Virus record (IMG/VR): IMGVR_UViG_3300037067_017859
Location: 45,284-109,283 of that record
From: a virus
Lineage: Duplodnaviria; Caudoviricetes
Length of the DNA stretch: 64,000 nt
Reading direction: 5' to 3' (one strand)
The notes under the pieces: model-generated
The model's database searches: none
The model's input: only the letters and a program-made list of their open reading frames with translations
What the model was told of the DNA's origin: nothing
Translations under genes and position numbers: made by a program
In this document: positions 8,489-18,556 of the stretch, in pieces
How positions within the stretch are numbered: the first letter of the stretch is position 1
How the letters are laid out: every line of letters starts with the position of its first letter

Positions 8489-9356
8489 ATTGGCTTCTCC
8501 CAAAGTCATGTTGATAAGTTCCTGCCAGCACGGAGTTAATTCGGCCAAGATCTTTAGCCAACCATACCGGCGACATATAATGCCTGTTTGTATGATGCGT
8601 TGTTGATCCAAGGGTACGAACGAATTCCGCCCATTTCTCTTCTGGCCCTATGCCGTTCGCTTTCCCAATTTTATTAAACGCTTCGACTAATTCTGTGACT
8701 TTCTCATATTCTTTTATTATCGCTGTAGGAAGAGGTCCTTTATTTTCTTCCCAAATTTCAAAGAGTCTTTCTGGTGTTAAGGGGGTTTGGGGGTTATTAA
8801 TAACAGATTGTTTTATATCTGTTATTAATATAGAGGAAGTAGAAGAAGAAGAGGAAGTAGAAGTGGTGGGGATAGGGGTAAGGTTAAGCAAATCCTCTAA
8901 TGCTTTTCTTTTCTTAATTTGTAGAAGCGATGGATTTCCTCCCAATGACCCGCTAACCCTTCGGATCTGTGACAGTTTTTGGTCACGAATCATGCGCCGG
9001 CTGTAAATAATTCCTGTTTTTGGATCCTTGCTGGCTACTCCTAATTCAAGAATTTTGTCTATTATTTTTTGGGCCTTTTCCTCGCTAACGGCAAGAATAT
9101 TTGCTATCCCATTTATTGGCATTGGACGTCCATTAATGATCAACCGTCCGATATTTTCGGACTCATGCATGGTTAACATAAGTTCGATCCAGGCTCCTTT
9201 ATGTTCCAAATCTAAGCATTGAACTCCAGGGTCCTTTTTCCAGTCTCCTGGATAAAGTTGGAACGCAGGTTTTTTAGATGAGCGATGACCCTTTTTCTCA
9301 TTTTCTGTCGTTTCTCGAAGAATAGTCCTAATTGGCATTTTACTTTTTCCCATCAC
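8265..9356 (-). CDS. phage replication initiator (YdaU/DUF1376-like N-terminus)
   Basis: PAFQLYPGDW...LDLEHKGAWIELM, SRRMIRD...GSLGGNP, Ser/Thr linker; lies upstream of loader and helicase. Confidence 0.8.
   Translation of the reverse strand: MMGKSKMPIRTILRETTENEKKGHRSSKKPAFQLYPGDWKKDPGVQCLDLEHKGAWIELMLTMHESENIGRLIINGRPMPINGIANILAVSEEKAQKIIDKILELGVASKDPKTGIIYSRRMIRDQKLSQIRRVSGSLGGNPSLLQIKKRKALEDLLNLTPIPTTSTSSSSSTSSILITDIKQSVINNPQTPLTPERLFEIWEENKGPLPTAIIKEYEKVTELVEAFNKIGKANGIGPEEKWAEFVRTLGSTTHHTNRHYMSPVWLAKDLGRINSVLAGTYQHDFGRSQYDERSEARKRKNRGGSGGYPGKDGKELGGTSGTSFTITPAKMRKVPGRGSDLEPGKDQVPDLLVPRDPESGKTD
8795..8863. other. candidate replication origin inside the initiator gene
   Basis: 14-bp inverted repeat TATTAATAACAGAT (8795-8808 / 8817-8830) and direct repeat AGAGGAAGTAGAAG (8832, 8850). 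Confidence 0.45.
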
Positions 9357-10341
9357 ACAACCTCTCTATAAATGCCAGCAATTCTTCTTCAGGATTAAAC
9401 CACTCTCCACCAATTCCAAGATGTGAGAAAACTTTATGACAAAATTTCTCTATCTCTTGAGTTCCCGGGAAAATTCCTATTATTTTTAGCTTAACAGGAC
9501 TTGCAGTTTGTAGCGTTTTAAGGCGATCTTTAGGATTATTCGCCCACCCGATTTTAATAGGAGAGCCTTCAGTCCCTTGAACGAAATAAACATACCCATT
9601 TAAATAATCTTTTTTCCGGTTTCTTTTCTCTTCTTTTTCTAATTCTCCTTTACAATTTCCATCGCTAATTCTTTGAATCATTGATATTTGAGCGCATATC
9701 TCATCATGATCCATGTCTTTAGGCCACCGCGGCCAATATACTTGGTCCTCTCCGATTATTAATGGTGTCGTAAGGCCAACGGGTTTTTCAAAATTAGGAT
9801 GGCAACCTCTACAGGGATGATATTTATATCCAGTGATTGCGAGAATAGCAGGGATTCCCAAAACCATAAGCTCAATCCCTTTTCCGTGACATAAACGGCA
9901 TTGGGGATTTGCTGTCGGATCCGACTGAAGGCTTAAGAGGAAGCTTTCGATTATTTGGTTTGTGAAATCTATTTGTGAATCGTTTTCGAAGGGAGGGATT
10001 GTGTTTCCCTCCCCCGGTTTTTCGCCATTTTTTTCGCGTATAGAAATCTTTGCAGACGAGTCAACCTCTTTTGTATCACTTCTATTTGAAGTCTTCAAGC
10101 ACGAAAGAAGAAACTTATAGCCAGTGCGTTTTTTGAATGTGGCTTCAAGAGCCTCAATAATTGTATCCGGATCTCTACCAGCTTTTTCCCATGCTTGGTC
10201 TGCTATATTATGCAGATCAGGATCATCCTTTTTATTGTGATGGAATAATCCTGATTTGAGAGCTTTTTTTAAAGCATCACTGATATCACGAGATCCTTTA
10301 GGGTGTAATTTTCCCGTAAGGCTATCCCAAGTTTCTCCCAT
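9340..10341 (-). CDS. protein with C-terminal GIY-YIG (T5orf172/MUG113-like) nuclease domain
   Basis: YVYFVQ...IKIGWANNPKDRLKTLQT...EKFCHKVF...GEWF; central CRLC/CRGC. Confidence 0.8.
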   Translation of the reverse strand: MGETWDSLTGKLHPKGSRDISDALKKALKSGLFHHNKKDDPDLHNIADQAWEKAGRDPDTIIEALEATFKKRTGYKFLLSCLKTSNRSDTKEVDSSAKISIREKNGEKPGEGNTIPPFENDSQIDFTNQIIESFLLSLQSDPTANPQCRLCHGKGIELMVLGIPAILAITGYKYHPCRGCHPNFEKPVGLTTPLIIGEDQVYWPRWPKDMDHDEICAQISMIQRISDGNCKGELEKEEKRNRKKDYLNGYVYFVQGTEGSPIKIGWANNPKDRLKTLQTASPVKLKIIGIFPGTQEIEKFCHKVFSHLGIGGEWFNPEEELLAFIERLCDGKK

Positions 10342-10347
10342 AAAATC

Positions 10348-10596
10348 CTACTTTTTGTGAATCCGATCGGTATATTCATCTTTGCGCCGGTGACAATCAA
10401 AGCAAAGACCTTGAGCGTTTAGACGTTCATCTCCCCCTAATTGTGACCTTTTCTTTCTATGATCCCGAGTGAGCGGCTTTATATGCCCACATCCAATACA
10501 ATAGCCATCCTGGGAATCAAAAATATCCTGGCGCTGAGAATTATAATCAGGCTTCGATAATTTGATCCTCTTGACCTTCCAATTTGGGTTTGGCAT
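10348..10596 (-). CDS. small HNH endonuclease
   Basis: CIGC...DH...GGD...NAQGLCFDCH. Confidence 0.85.
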   Translation of the reverse strand: MPNPNWKVKRIKLSKPDYNSQRQDIFDSQDGYCIGCGHIKPLTRDHRKKRSQLGGDERLNAQGLCFDCHRRKDEYTDRIHKK

Positions 10597-11359
10597 CGCG
10601 CCCTGCTTCCACCCACGTTGCCAATTGAGCTATTAGACGATCATAAATGTGGGCCTGGTTTCTGTCTATTTGTTCGTAGCACCTTTGGATCACTCCCATC
10701 AAAAAGGAGTTCCGATTCTGCAATCGCCCGGCGCCATCGTCTCTGTAACCGGAAAGAAATTCCCGGAAGATCATGCATAAAGCTTCAGTTTTCTTTTCAA
10801 TGCCGGTTTCCATCTGGACAATACGGAGAGCTTCAGTAAAGTCAAAATACTGGCTGCCGACAAAAGAAAGCATTTCGACAATGACTTCTTCTCTTGGATC
10901 CCTTGTCGTGGCGACGCCTTCCGTAATAGCTGCTTTCACCCGCCGATGGAAGGTGTCTCTGTCTTCTTCCATGGCATGTGCAAAGTAATTATTGGGAATT
11001 ACGCCGAAATGATTGTGGATTTTAACCAGGTCCCGGCATTTCGTGGGGCCGATCTCGCTTAAAACTTTATGATCGCAATGTCCAAGAGTCTGACCAATTC
11101 GGATCAGATCGTAATAATATTGCCTGGAGTGAGAAAATGTAGCCTCAACATATTGGCTTTCATCCTCAAATCCTCTGACCTTCCAATACCGATTCCGATG
11201 AGCTTCAAGAAGATTCAGGCAGAGAAGCATCATGTTTTTTTCTACTGTCTGTTCTGCTTTATTTTTCCATTCAAGGAGACGATCAATTTCTTGAAGGACT
11301 TGGTTGGCTCTGACTGGATCTATTACTTCGACTAGGGATTGTTCTTGAGCTTCTTCCAT
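10547..11359 (-). CDS. hypothetical DNA-binding protein
   Basis: 270 aa; GF...QYVEATFSHSRQYYYDLIRI HTH-like segment. Confidence 0.7.
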   Translation of the reverse strand: MEEAQEQSLVEVIDPVRANQVLQEIDRLLEWKNKAEQTVEKNMMLLCLNLLEAHRNRYWKVRGFEDESQYVEATFSHSRQYYYDLIRIGQTLGHCDHKVLSEIGPTKCRDLVKIHNHFGVIPNNYFAHAMEEDRDTFHRRVKAAITEGVATTRDPREEVIVEMLSFVGSQYFDFTEALRIVQMETGIEKKTEALCMIFREFLSGYRDDGAGRLQNRNSFLMGVIQRCYEQIDRNQAHIYDRLIAQLATWVEAGRDAKPKLEGQEDQIIEA

Positions 11360-11684
11360 CGACGGCCATCCCTTTCAGTAATTGTTCTAAATTTGGCAAT
11401 GATAGCTTTTTTTTAAGTATATATCGCTCATAAGCTCTGGCTTCACTTAAAAATCCAAAAACCGGATCTCCCACTTTTCCCCTACTGCGCCAGCTTATTA
11501 TATGCAATCGGGCGAGTTCGCAATCTATCCCTATTTTATTACATAGAACCCGAAACCATTGCTCTCCAAAGAGAACCCTTTTGGCATCCATCCGATGCTT
11601 GGCAGGAGTGTCTTTGAAGAGATAGTCCTTCTCTGCCCTTCTTACGATATCGATCAAGATCCGCACTCGCTGCGGAGTATCCAA
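11283..11684 (-). CDS. hypothetical protein (start uncertain)
   Basis: part of ORF 11283..11885 that does not overlap ssb; ILIDIVRRAEKDY...WFRVLCNKIGID. Confidence 0.55.
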   Translation of the reverse strand: MDTPQRVRILIDIVRRAEKDYLFKDTPAKHRMDAKRVLFGEQWFRVLCNKIGIDCELARLHIISWRSRGKVGDPVFGFLSEARAYERYILKKKLSLPNLEQLLKGMAVDGRSSRTIPSRSNRSSQSQPSPSRN

Positions 11685-11703
11685 ATCAAGATCGAATGGC
11701 CAA

Positions 11704-12234
11704 CTAAAAGGGGATGTCGTCGTCTGTAATAATTGGGCTTCCGGTCGCCTTGTCGTAAAGTTCTTCTTGGGTTCTGGTATCGGGTTTGATAGGAGAAGAT
11801 TCCCTTGGGGCTTCTCGATAACCGCCGGCTGGCGGTGAATTGTACTGGCTTGGCGCTCCATAACCTTCGTTTGCAGGTTGGGCATCTTGTGATGGCCTTG
11901 CTCCGCCAGGGGCGGTGATTTCTCTTACGACAATCTCCGTAGATGTTTTTTCGGCTCCATCCCTTCCGGTGTATTTCCGTACTTGGATTTCACCTTGCAC
12001 CACAACGAACTGACCTTTTTTAAGATACTGATAGCAGAATTCCGCTACTCTGTCAAAGGCTACGCAATTTATCCAAGTCGCGCTTTCCTTCGTTTCACCA
12101 TCAGCATTCGCATAATTACGGTTTACCGCAATACTGAATGTCGATCGAGCTTTCTTCCCGGGCGCCGCCGCGGACCCTTCCGGATCCCGGCCGAGATGTC
12201 CTGTACCAAACCACCGATTCTGATCGTTTGCCAT
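11704..12234 (-). CDS. ssb: single-stranded DNA-binding protein
   Basis: GHLGRDPE, FSIAVNR, YLKKGQFVVVQG, C-terminal DDDIPF. Confidence 0.97.
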   Translation of the reverse strand: MANDQNRWFGTGHLGRDPEGSAAAPGKKARSTFSIAVNRNYANADGETKESATWINCVAFDRVAEFCYQYLKKGQFVVVQGEIQVRKYTGRDGAEKTSTEIVVREITAPGGARPSQDAQPANEGYGAPSQYNSPPAGGYREAPRESSPIKPDTRTQEELYDKATGSPIITDDDIPF

Positions 12235-12243
12235 TTTATCCTC

Positions 12244-14430
12244 CTATAAAATTTCCACAGTTCCATTCACAATGTTAATTCTGCTATCGGCAAGATCTTT
12301 CAACCTATCCTGATGCGCAATGAAGAAAACTTTTAAGAAATGTCCGATCTCTCGGGCGCGGCGAAGCATTTGGATATACCGCGGCGCATTGTCATCATCC
12401 AATGGCCCGGTAGTCTCATCTCGGAAAAGAGTCTGCCAGGCAATGCCTGATTTCATTTTATTGAAAATGGCGATTGCAAGGCTCACTGCCTCAGCGACAA
12501 TGACTTGTTCTCCTCCTGAAAGTCCGTCAATGCTTCCTTCGCGGCCTTTTTCGGAATCAATAACGAAGATATCGAACTCGTCTTTATAACCACTTCCATC
12601 AGCCTTGGGAAGCTGAGTAAGGAATTTAATACTGAATCTCGGACCAAAGCAGGAGAACAAAAGATCATTGGTAATGCTACTGACAGTCGGTCCGGCCGCA
12701 TCGATCTCGAGAGATTGAATGCCATTAGGGCCAAAGGCTTCAATGAGTAAATTCCAATCCTTCTGATCTGCCTCGAGATCGCAAATGGTTGCTTTCAATG
12801 GAAGCAATTTCTTTTGGCTTTCCTCTATTGATTTTTTGAGAGATTCCGCCCGGACAATATCCTTGTTAACATCATACATATTGCCTTCCAGTAAGTTTTT
12901 GTTGCCATTACAACCAATAAGATCTTGTTGAGCCTTATTGAGTTCATCTTGGGCAACTGCAACCTTCCTACCTTCATCTTTGGCGGCGGAAATTTCCTGT
13001 TCGGCCAAACGCAAACCTTCTTCTGCTGTAATTATCTGTTCTTTTATTTCTCCTACTTTTGCTTTTGCCTGTTCGATTTGAGCGGCAATTGTAGGAGAGG
13101 CGATCGCCTCGAGGGATTTGATCCGGGATTCTATGGCTTTATTAGTTTCTTCCCATTCCTTTATTTGATTATCATAGTTGTTAAGACTCTCAATGTTAGG
13201 TTTGTGAATAAGCTTTTGATCGTCCTGGATCTTGAGCATCCCCTGAGTGGTATTGAGATATTCCACATTCAAGTTCTCAAGGTTGTTCTTTGCTTCGATC
13301 GCCCGAATAAGGAATTGACATTGCGCAAAATCCCCCTCTGCCTTGCAGGGAACTTCATCAATAGTAGCCGAATCTCGTTTGGCGTCATCAATTGATTTCT
13401 CGCAAAGCTTTCTTTTTGTTTGGAGCCTCAACCATTGCTCACGAAGAGAATTAACCTGTTTGTCGTACTCTTCTTTTTCCAATTGGAGAGTCCGGCGCTG
13501 GAGATTAAGTTGAGATAATGTCTTACGACTCTGTAATTGATCCTCACGTTTTAATGATAGTTCCTGTATCGCATCTGAGATTTTGTCTTCATTTTCGAGG
13601 AGTTTCTGGTTCGCTTCCAATCGGGATTTTAGAGCCGTTGCCTTCTTTGCAAACCCGGTATACTTCTCCGATTCTTGTAAAATCCGGTCCTGAATAAATG
13701 TCCGGTTGGCCACTTTTGTCTTGAGGATCCCGATTAATTCAACGAGTCTGGTAGATTCATTGGAACATTGGAGATGTTTAGCCTCATACTCCTGCAAGAT
13801 TTCTTTCAAGTGTTCTATATCGGGAACTTTTACTTTGAGTTGTTCCTCAATTATGGCCGCCTCAGCCCGTTTGGCAGTAAGGTCAGTACTGCATTTCTGA
13901 TATTCTTTCCGGAATTCCTCTGTTGCAGTCTGGAGGAGAGCTAAATTAAGCATTTTTATAAACAAACTCTTGCGATCGATTTTGGCCAGTTTAATAAAAC
14001 TGCCGCGCTTATTCTGCGCCGCGAAAGAACTGGCCATAACCATTTCAGCATTGCCGAACAGATTAGCCGCCACGGCATCAAAATCTTTGGTCTTTCCGGT
14101 TATCCCGGGGAGGGGATTATGTTGGCCGTCATAAAGGAACGCTTCCATCTTTGAATAAACCGCATCAATATTGACCACGACTTCATAAGGCTGGTTGTGC
14201 CAATCAAATTTAAAATCAACCATGGCATCCCGGCCACTACAGAATTCATAAACGGCGGGGCGCGAGGGGAAAATCCGGTAGAGGGAAAGGAATATTGATT
14301 CCATAAGAGAAGTTTTCCCTTGCCCGTTCTTTCCAGAAATGGCAATCAGATTGCCGGGGATTGCCTTAAAATCCACAGAAACATCTTTCAGGACGGTGAC
14401 GCCCCTAACTTTCAATTCCATTGGTATCAT
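12244..14430 (-). CDS. sbcC: SbcC/Rad50-like SMC ATPase
   Basis: GKNGQGKT, long coiled coil with central Cys pair, LSGGE, FRDE, IAH. Confidence 0.92.
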   Translation of the reverse strand: MIPMELKVRGVTVLKDVSVDFKAIPGNLIAISGKNGQGKTSLMESIFLSLYRIFPSRPAVYEFCSGRDAMVDFKFDWHNQPYEVVVNIDAVYSKMEAFLYDGQHNPLPGITGKTKDFDAVAANLFGNAEMVMASSFAAQNKRGSFIKLAKIDRKSLFIKMLNLALLQTATEEFRKEYQKCSTDLTAKRAEAAIIEEQLKVKVPDIEHLKEILQEYEAKHLQCSNESTRLVELIGILKTKVANRTFIQDRILQESEKYTGFAKKATALKSRLEANQKLLENEDKISDAIQELSLKREDQLQSRKTLSQLNLQRRTLQLEKEEYDKQVNSLREQWLRLQTKRKLCEKSIDDAKRDSATIDEVPCKAEGDFAQCQFLIRAIEAKNNLENLNVEYLNTTQGMLKIQDDQKLIHKPNIESLNNYDNQIKEWEETNKAIESRIKSLEAIASPTIAAQIEQAKAKVGEIKEQIITAEEGLRLAEQEISAAKDEGRKVAVAQDELNKAQQDLIGCNGNKNLLEGNMYDVNKDIVRAESLKKSIEESQKKLLPLKATICDLEADQKDWNLLIEAFGPNGIQSLEIDAAGPTVSSITNDLLFSCFGPRFSIKFLTQLPKADGSGYKDEFDIFVIDSEKGREGSIDGLSGGEQVIVAEAVSLAIAIFNKMKSGIAWQTLFRDETTGPLDDDNAPRYIQMLRRAREIGHFLKVFFIAHQDRLKDLADSRINIVNGTVEIL

Positions 14431-14708
14431 TGGTCTCTCCTTGTAACTTTCCCATTATCTTCCGGATACCAGAAGACAAAATCCGTGCCTATAACTTCTT
14501 GGATTTGTTCCATATGTTTCATAAAGAAGCCATTCTTTAATCCAATTAGTCTGGCGTATCCCCATATAACAACCTTGTCTCCGTCTGCTTCATAATAACC
14601 TCCAGACATACCACAATCGCAATATCGTGGATCAGGTTTCCCATCGAGAAAACCACGGAGTTTTATAACGTCATGGCATCCTTGGCAGAATATGAGTTTC
14701 ATCGGCAT
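14427..14708 (-). CDS. small zinc-binding hypothetical protein
   Basis: CQGC...CDCG; coupled between sbcD and sbcC. Confidence 0.7.
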   Translation of the reverse strand: MPMKLIFCQGCHDVIKLRGFLDGKPDPRYCDCGMSGGYYEADGDKVVIWGYARLIGLKNGFFMKHMEQIQEVIGTDFVFWYPEDNGKVTRRDQ

Positions 14709-15847
14709 CTCAACTCAAAAATTGCTAATTTGGTTTTCATTCCGAGAACTGTGGCTTCATCCGGGCGCTTGTTTGTGGCAGTCCAGAAGACTTCAAGCTT
14801 CTCCTCGAGGGATTCCGCCTTGGAGATCTCCACAGCCCGGACCAATTCTTTAGGGCGAACCTGCGGATCAATCTTTACCTCGATAGCGCCGGCCTCCAGT
14901 AAAATCTTTTCGAGTTCTTCTTTTGCATGCGCAAGGTTGGCTCCCTCTTCAATCTGCAAGAGAGCCCGGACCCGGGCGCCTTTCGCCCGTGCCTTCATTT
15001 CCCCGTATTGCTCCGGCGTCATTGATAGCTGGAGAGGCCAAATACATTCGACGCTGAACCTGTCGACAGTTTGCAGCTTATACCATTCGGTACATCCGGA
15101 CATAGTATCGAGAACCGCGCAGAACTTATCTGGAGTTTCCCCATAATCCATAGCGGCCGGCGATCCAGGATAGAAGAACCTGTTTGTCTCATTGAGGTTT
15201 TGACCAAGATGAATATGGCCAAAAATACCAGCGTAAAGGCCGGATTCAGTGAGATCATATTGTCCAAAACTGATTCCTTCTCCTATAAGAGGCTGATGGT
15301 TTTGAGCTAATGCACCCTCAACTAGGAGATGGCTTATCAGAATATTCTTTACGTTCGGGTTTTTGGCATTTTCCAGAATTACGTTGTTTTTCACATACTG
15401 CAAGGCCATTTGGGAAACGGTTTTGTCTCCCTCTTCCTTCGACGCTCCAATATGCTGGCTCTGCCAGGTTGCTTTCGTGAACCATGGCAAAATGTGGAAG
15501 GTAATTTGCTCATATTGTGGATCTTGAACCGGCCAGAGAATATAAGGCCGATCCACCAGGGTTATCCCATGTTTCAGATCGAGATGACTAAAAATGTCGA
15601 GGTCGCCCGGCTGATCGTGATTCCCATAGCAGGCGACCACTGGCGCAACAGAACACATTTCCTGCATAAGCCTACGCAGTAGGTTGCGTCCATCCGCGGA
15701 GCTTTTATGATCGAAGAAATCACCGGGGAGGGCGATATAATCCACCTTTTGTTCCCGGAAGATCTTTACAATTTGCAAAACCGAGTTTTCAATATCGGCA
15801 TCCATGCCGTCATCAATATGCCAATCGGCCGTCGAACCAATTCTCAT
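14699..15847 (-). CDS. sbcD: SbcD/Mre11-like metallophosphoesterase nuclease
   Basis: ADWH, GDFFD, GNHD, GHIH, YPGSP. Confidence 0.93.
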   Translation of the reverse strand: MRIGSTADWHIDDGMDADIENSVLQIVKIFREQKVDYIALPGDFFDHKSSADGRNLLRRLMQEMCSVAPVVACYGNHDQPGDLDIFSHLDLKHGITLVDRPYILWPVQDPQYEQITFHILPWFTKATWQSQHIGASKEEGDKTVSQMALQYVKNNVILENAKNPNVKNILISHLLVEGALAQNHQPLIGEGISFGQYDLTESGLYAGIFGHIHLGQNLNETNRFFYPGSPAAMDYGETPDKFCAVLDTMSGCTEWYKLQTVDRFSVECIWPLQLSMTPEQYGEMKARAKGARVRALLQIEEGANLAHAKEELEKILLEAGAIEVKIDPQVRPKELVRAVEISKAESLEEKLEVFWTATNKRPDEATVLGMKTKLAIFELRCR

Positions 15848-15870
15848 TGCTTAATTTCTCCTTTTATATA

Positions 15871-16389
15871 CTAACTTCCTAATTGCTCTTCTGTTCCTTC
15901 CCATACGAATTGATCAAGAGGAAAGTGAGACTTACAATTAACGCAGAAGGTTCCGCTGTAGAATCCGGGATCTCGGGCATAGGTTTCTGCAAGAGGTATG
16001 CCCATGGTAGTCATAGTATTACAGGTCTTGTGCCTGTAGGATCTTCGGAGTGGTCGCACGAATCCTTTGCCTCTCTCTTCGGCGCTGAGAACAACATAAT
16101 CCTTCTGTTGGCCTGAAGACAGGATCTCCCGGTGATCTTCTGTAACCGGAGAGCCGTCAAGAAGCACTCGGGCCGTACGGTCTACCGGAGGGATTGATTT
16201 AATTCTGAGTTCTTCCTCAACCATGCCCACTCGTTCCAATAACAATAGAGCAAAAAGACGCGCTTGCTGGCGGGAAAAAATAATATGTCCAACCCCGTTT
16301 TCATCGGGATGAAGATCGGGATGATTGACAACAATCTCACCATTTTCGTTGTGACCAACTTTCAAAACACCTTTATGTTTATTGACCAT
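15871..16389 (-). CDS. hypothetical phage protein with C-terminal zinc motif
   Basis: HKTC...TFCVNC; GGAGG SD. Confidence 0.7.
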   Translation of the reverse strand: MVNKHKGVLKVGHNENGEIVVNHPDLHPDENGVGHIIFSRQQARLFALLLLERVGMVEEELRIKSIPPVDRTARVLLDGSPVTEDHREILSSGQQKDYVVLSAEERGKGFVRPLRRSYRHKTCNTMTTMGIPLAETYARDPGFYSGTFCVNCKSHFPLDQFVWEGTEEQLGS

Positions 16390-17314
16390 TTATTCCTCCA
16401 ATTTGGGAGACACTCAAAAATGCCGAATTAACCACCTGTTTAAAAAGCGTCCCGCCTATTCTTTCGGCTGCCAATTCCTGATACGCCAGGTCAAGTCCAA
16501 TACCGACACGTCCGAGATCCTGCGCGACCATAACCGTTGTTCCGCTCCCCACAAACGGATCGAATATTACATCCCCTGGACGACTGCCGGCTTTGATGCA
16601 GCGCTCCGGGATCTCTCGTGGGAATGTGGCAAAATGGGCGCCAGAATATTTTTGCGTCGAGAAGCGCCATACAGATCTGATATTGCGATCTTCTGTTATC
16701 GCTCTGAATGCGTTTCGCCCCGTTATGGCCATCTCTTCAGTCTTGCCGTTGAACGAGCCTTTTCTAGCAGAGGATCTCAACCCCGCACAAATAGCCGGTT
16801 CTTTCATTTCATTGGTGTTGTAAAAATATTTGAGAGACTTAGAGAATAGAAAAATGTATTCATGGGACGTTAGCGGCCGATCAATAGTAGCGCCTGGTTG
16901 AGCGTTCGGTTTTTCCCAAATAATATCAGACCTGAGATTCCATCCCTGAGCCTGCATTGCCAACGCTATCCTCCAGGGAATGCCAATAAGGTTTTTAGGC
17001 TGCAATCCAGTATTCTCACTTATCCTTGGAACGCATACAGGGGCCTTATCGCGTCGAAAGCTGTTATAATTTCTAGTTCCAGATGAATACGAATCCCCTA
17101 AATTCATCCAAAGAGTTCCGTCATCTTTCAGCACTCGGTACAATTCTTTCGACACGTCAAGGATGGAAGCCAGGTATTCCTCCGGGGTGGGTTCTAACCC
17201 TATCTGTTTTGGATCTCTGTAATCCCTTAAACGCCAATAGGGCGGACTCGTCACCACACATTGAACTGATTTATCTTTGAGCGGTATATGCCGGGCATCA
17301 GCTTTAATAAGCAT
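16379..17314 (-). CDS. N4-cytosine/N6-adenine DNA methyltransferase (beta class)
   Basis: TSPPY precedes HFATFP and DPFVGSGTT. Confidence 0.93.
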   Translation of the reverse strand: MLIKADARHIPLKDKSVQCVVTSPPYWRLRDYRDPKQIGLEPTPEEYLASILDVSKELYRVLKDDGTLWMNLGDSYSSGTRNYNSFRRDKAPVCVPRISENTGLQPKNLIGIPWRIALAMQAQGWNLRSDIIWEKPNAQPGATIDRPLTSHEYIFLFSKSLKYFYNTNEMKEPAICAGLRSSARKGSFNGKTEEMAITGRNAFRAITEDRNIRSVWRFSTQKYSGAHFATFPREIPERCIKAGSRPGDVIFDPFVGSGTTVMVAQDLGRVGIGLDLAYQELAAERIGGTLFKQVVNSAFLSVSQIGGINGQ

Positions 17315-17338
17315 ATCTTTTTTAAAGAATCTAAAATA

Positions 17339-18379
17339 TTACTGAAGATCAGGAAGCTTGGAGAAAGAGTCTTCGATGGCTTTCAATTCTCCATCATTAA
17401 GCTCTGAGAGTCCTGGGCGCCCGGGAGACAGTTCCTCACGGGTTTTGCCTTTTTTGGAAAGGTAATACTTGGTGATTCTCTCAATTTGAGCATCACGCTG
17501 TTTCCAGTATTCCCTCTCTGCTATTTCATCGGGGTCTAATTCTTCAAGTGGGGTTGTATTTGGTGGGGGAAGAGCCACTGGAGGCATCGGTTCCGGGAAT
17601 TGAGGATTCTGCGCTGCTTCAATGGCGCTGGCGGTATCGGCTTCCAGCCTCATGACTTTGAACAATTCATTCTCGATACCCATTTGTTTTGCAGCCATAA
17701 TGGTAAGCAATTTGTTCTTGTTAGCGGGATCGATCGAATCGATATTGAAGGCCATGCGTAAAACTACGAAGGGCTTATCCATTTCCTCTGGATAATAGCT
17801 GGTTTGGACTCCGAGAAGCGCCCGGAGCACCCGAAGTTTTGCTTTTGTAATGGTTTGTTGTTCAATATTTTGGCGCAGCTTGGCTAATTGCTCTGGATGT
17901 CCGGCCATGCCCAAGGCTTGGGGTGAGTCTTCGCGGAGATCATAACCAAACCCATCGCTTTGAGACCGGATCTGTCCGTCGATGTCACGAATATAACCAG
18001 TAGCCTGATACCGGCAAACATGAGAATCTTTTCCATCATCCACTCGATGAATGGTAGAGGCTCCGGTTTTGGGATCTTCCCAGGAAACGCCGGCAAGCTG
18101 TTCCAGGCGCCATAACCCAATTTTCGTCAGACCAACTTTTCTGGTCCCTTTAATAGGGTAAAGCTCCTGGTCTATATATTCTCCCTTGTCGTTTTGTTTT
18201 CTGCTGATTGTGTATTGATGAATAAAAACATTCCATCCCTGCGGGAGATAAGGGACAGCCGAACGGCAGAACGGCGTTAAGATGTGGGCTTTGTCCCGGG
18301 CTGCCATGAGTTCGTTTTGAATTGTTTCTAAATCGTGAGTAACCATACTGCGGAGTGCTAATGCTTGATTTGACGCCAT
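17339..18379 (-). CDS. putative ssDNA-annealing recombinase (Rad52/RecT-like)
   Basis: LTKIGLWRL...TKAKLRVLRALLG...YYPEEM; first gene of the sbcCD/ssb operon; GGAGG SD. Confidence 0.55.
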   Translation of the reverse strand: MASNQALALRSMVTHDLETIQNELMAARDKAHILTPFCRSAVPYLPQGWNVFIHQYTISRKQNDKGEYIDQELYPIKGTRKVGLTKIGLWRLEQLAGVSWEDPKTGASTIHRVDDGKDSHVCRYQATGYIRDIDGQIRSQSDGFGYDLREDSPQALGMAGHPEQLAKLRQNIEQQTITKAKLRVLRALLGVQTSYYPEEMDKPFVVLRMAFNIDSIDPANKNKLLTIMAAKQMGIENELFKVMRLEADTASAIEAAQNPQFPEPMPPVALPPPNTTPLEELDPDEIAEREYWKQRDAQIERITKYYLSKKGKTREELSPGRPGLSELNDGELKAIEDSFSKLPDLQ

Positions 18380-18449
18380 GATACCCTCCAATTAATACTT
18401 CTATTGTTCTCTAGGGACTTCCATAATCTCCAGAGGGTTTGACTGAGCC

Positions 18450-18479
18450 ACTATAGATTTCGAGTTATAATAATGTCAA
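18450..18479 (-). promoter_or_regulatory. sigma70-like early promoter of the replication operon
   Basis: TTGACA-18-TATAGT on the minus strand. Confidence 0.65.
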
Positions 18480-18482
18480 TGC

Positions 18483-18530
18483 AAAAAAATACCGCTCTCC
18501 GGATCGGGCGAGATTCCGAAGAGCGGTATT
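18483..18530 (-). terminator. intrinsic terminator ending the late/lysis unit
   Basis: AATACCGCTC...GAGCGGTATT stem followed by a T tract on the minus strand. Confidence 0.75.
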
Positions 18531-18556
18531 ACGGGCACAGAGGTTCCAACCAAATA

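Noticed and set aside
11685-11885. N-terminal extension of ORF 11283..11885
   Set aside because: It overlaps the C-terminal part of ssb in another frame; the true start is probably downstream of the ssb stop.
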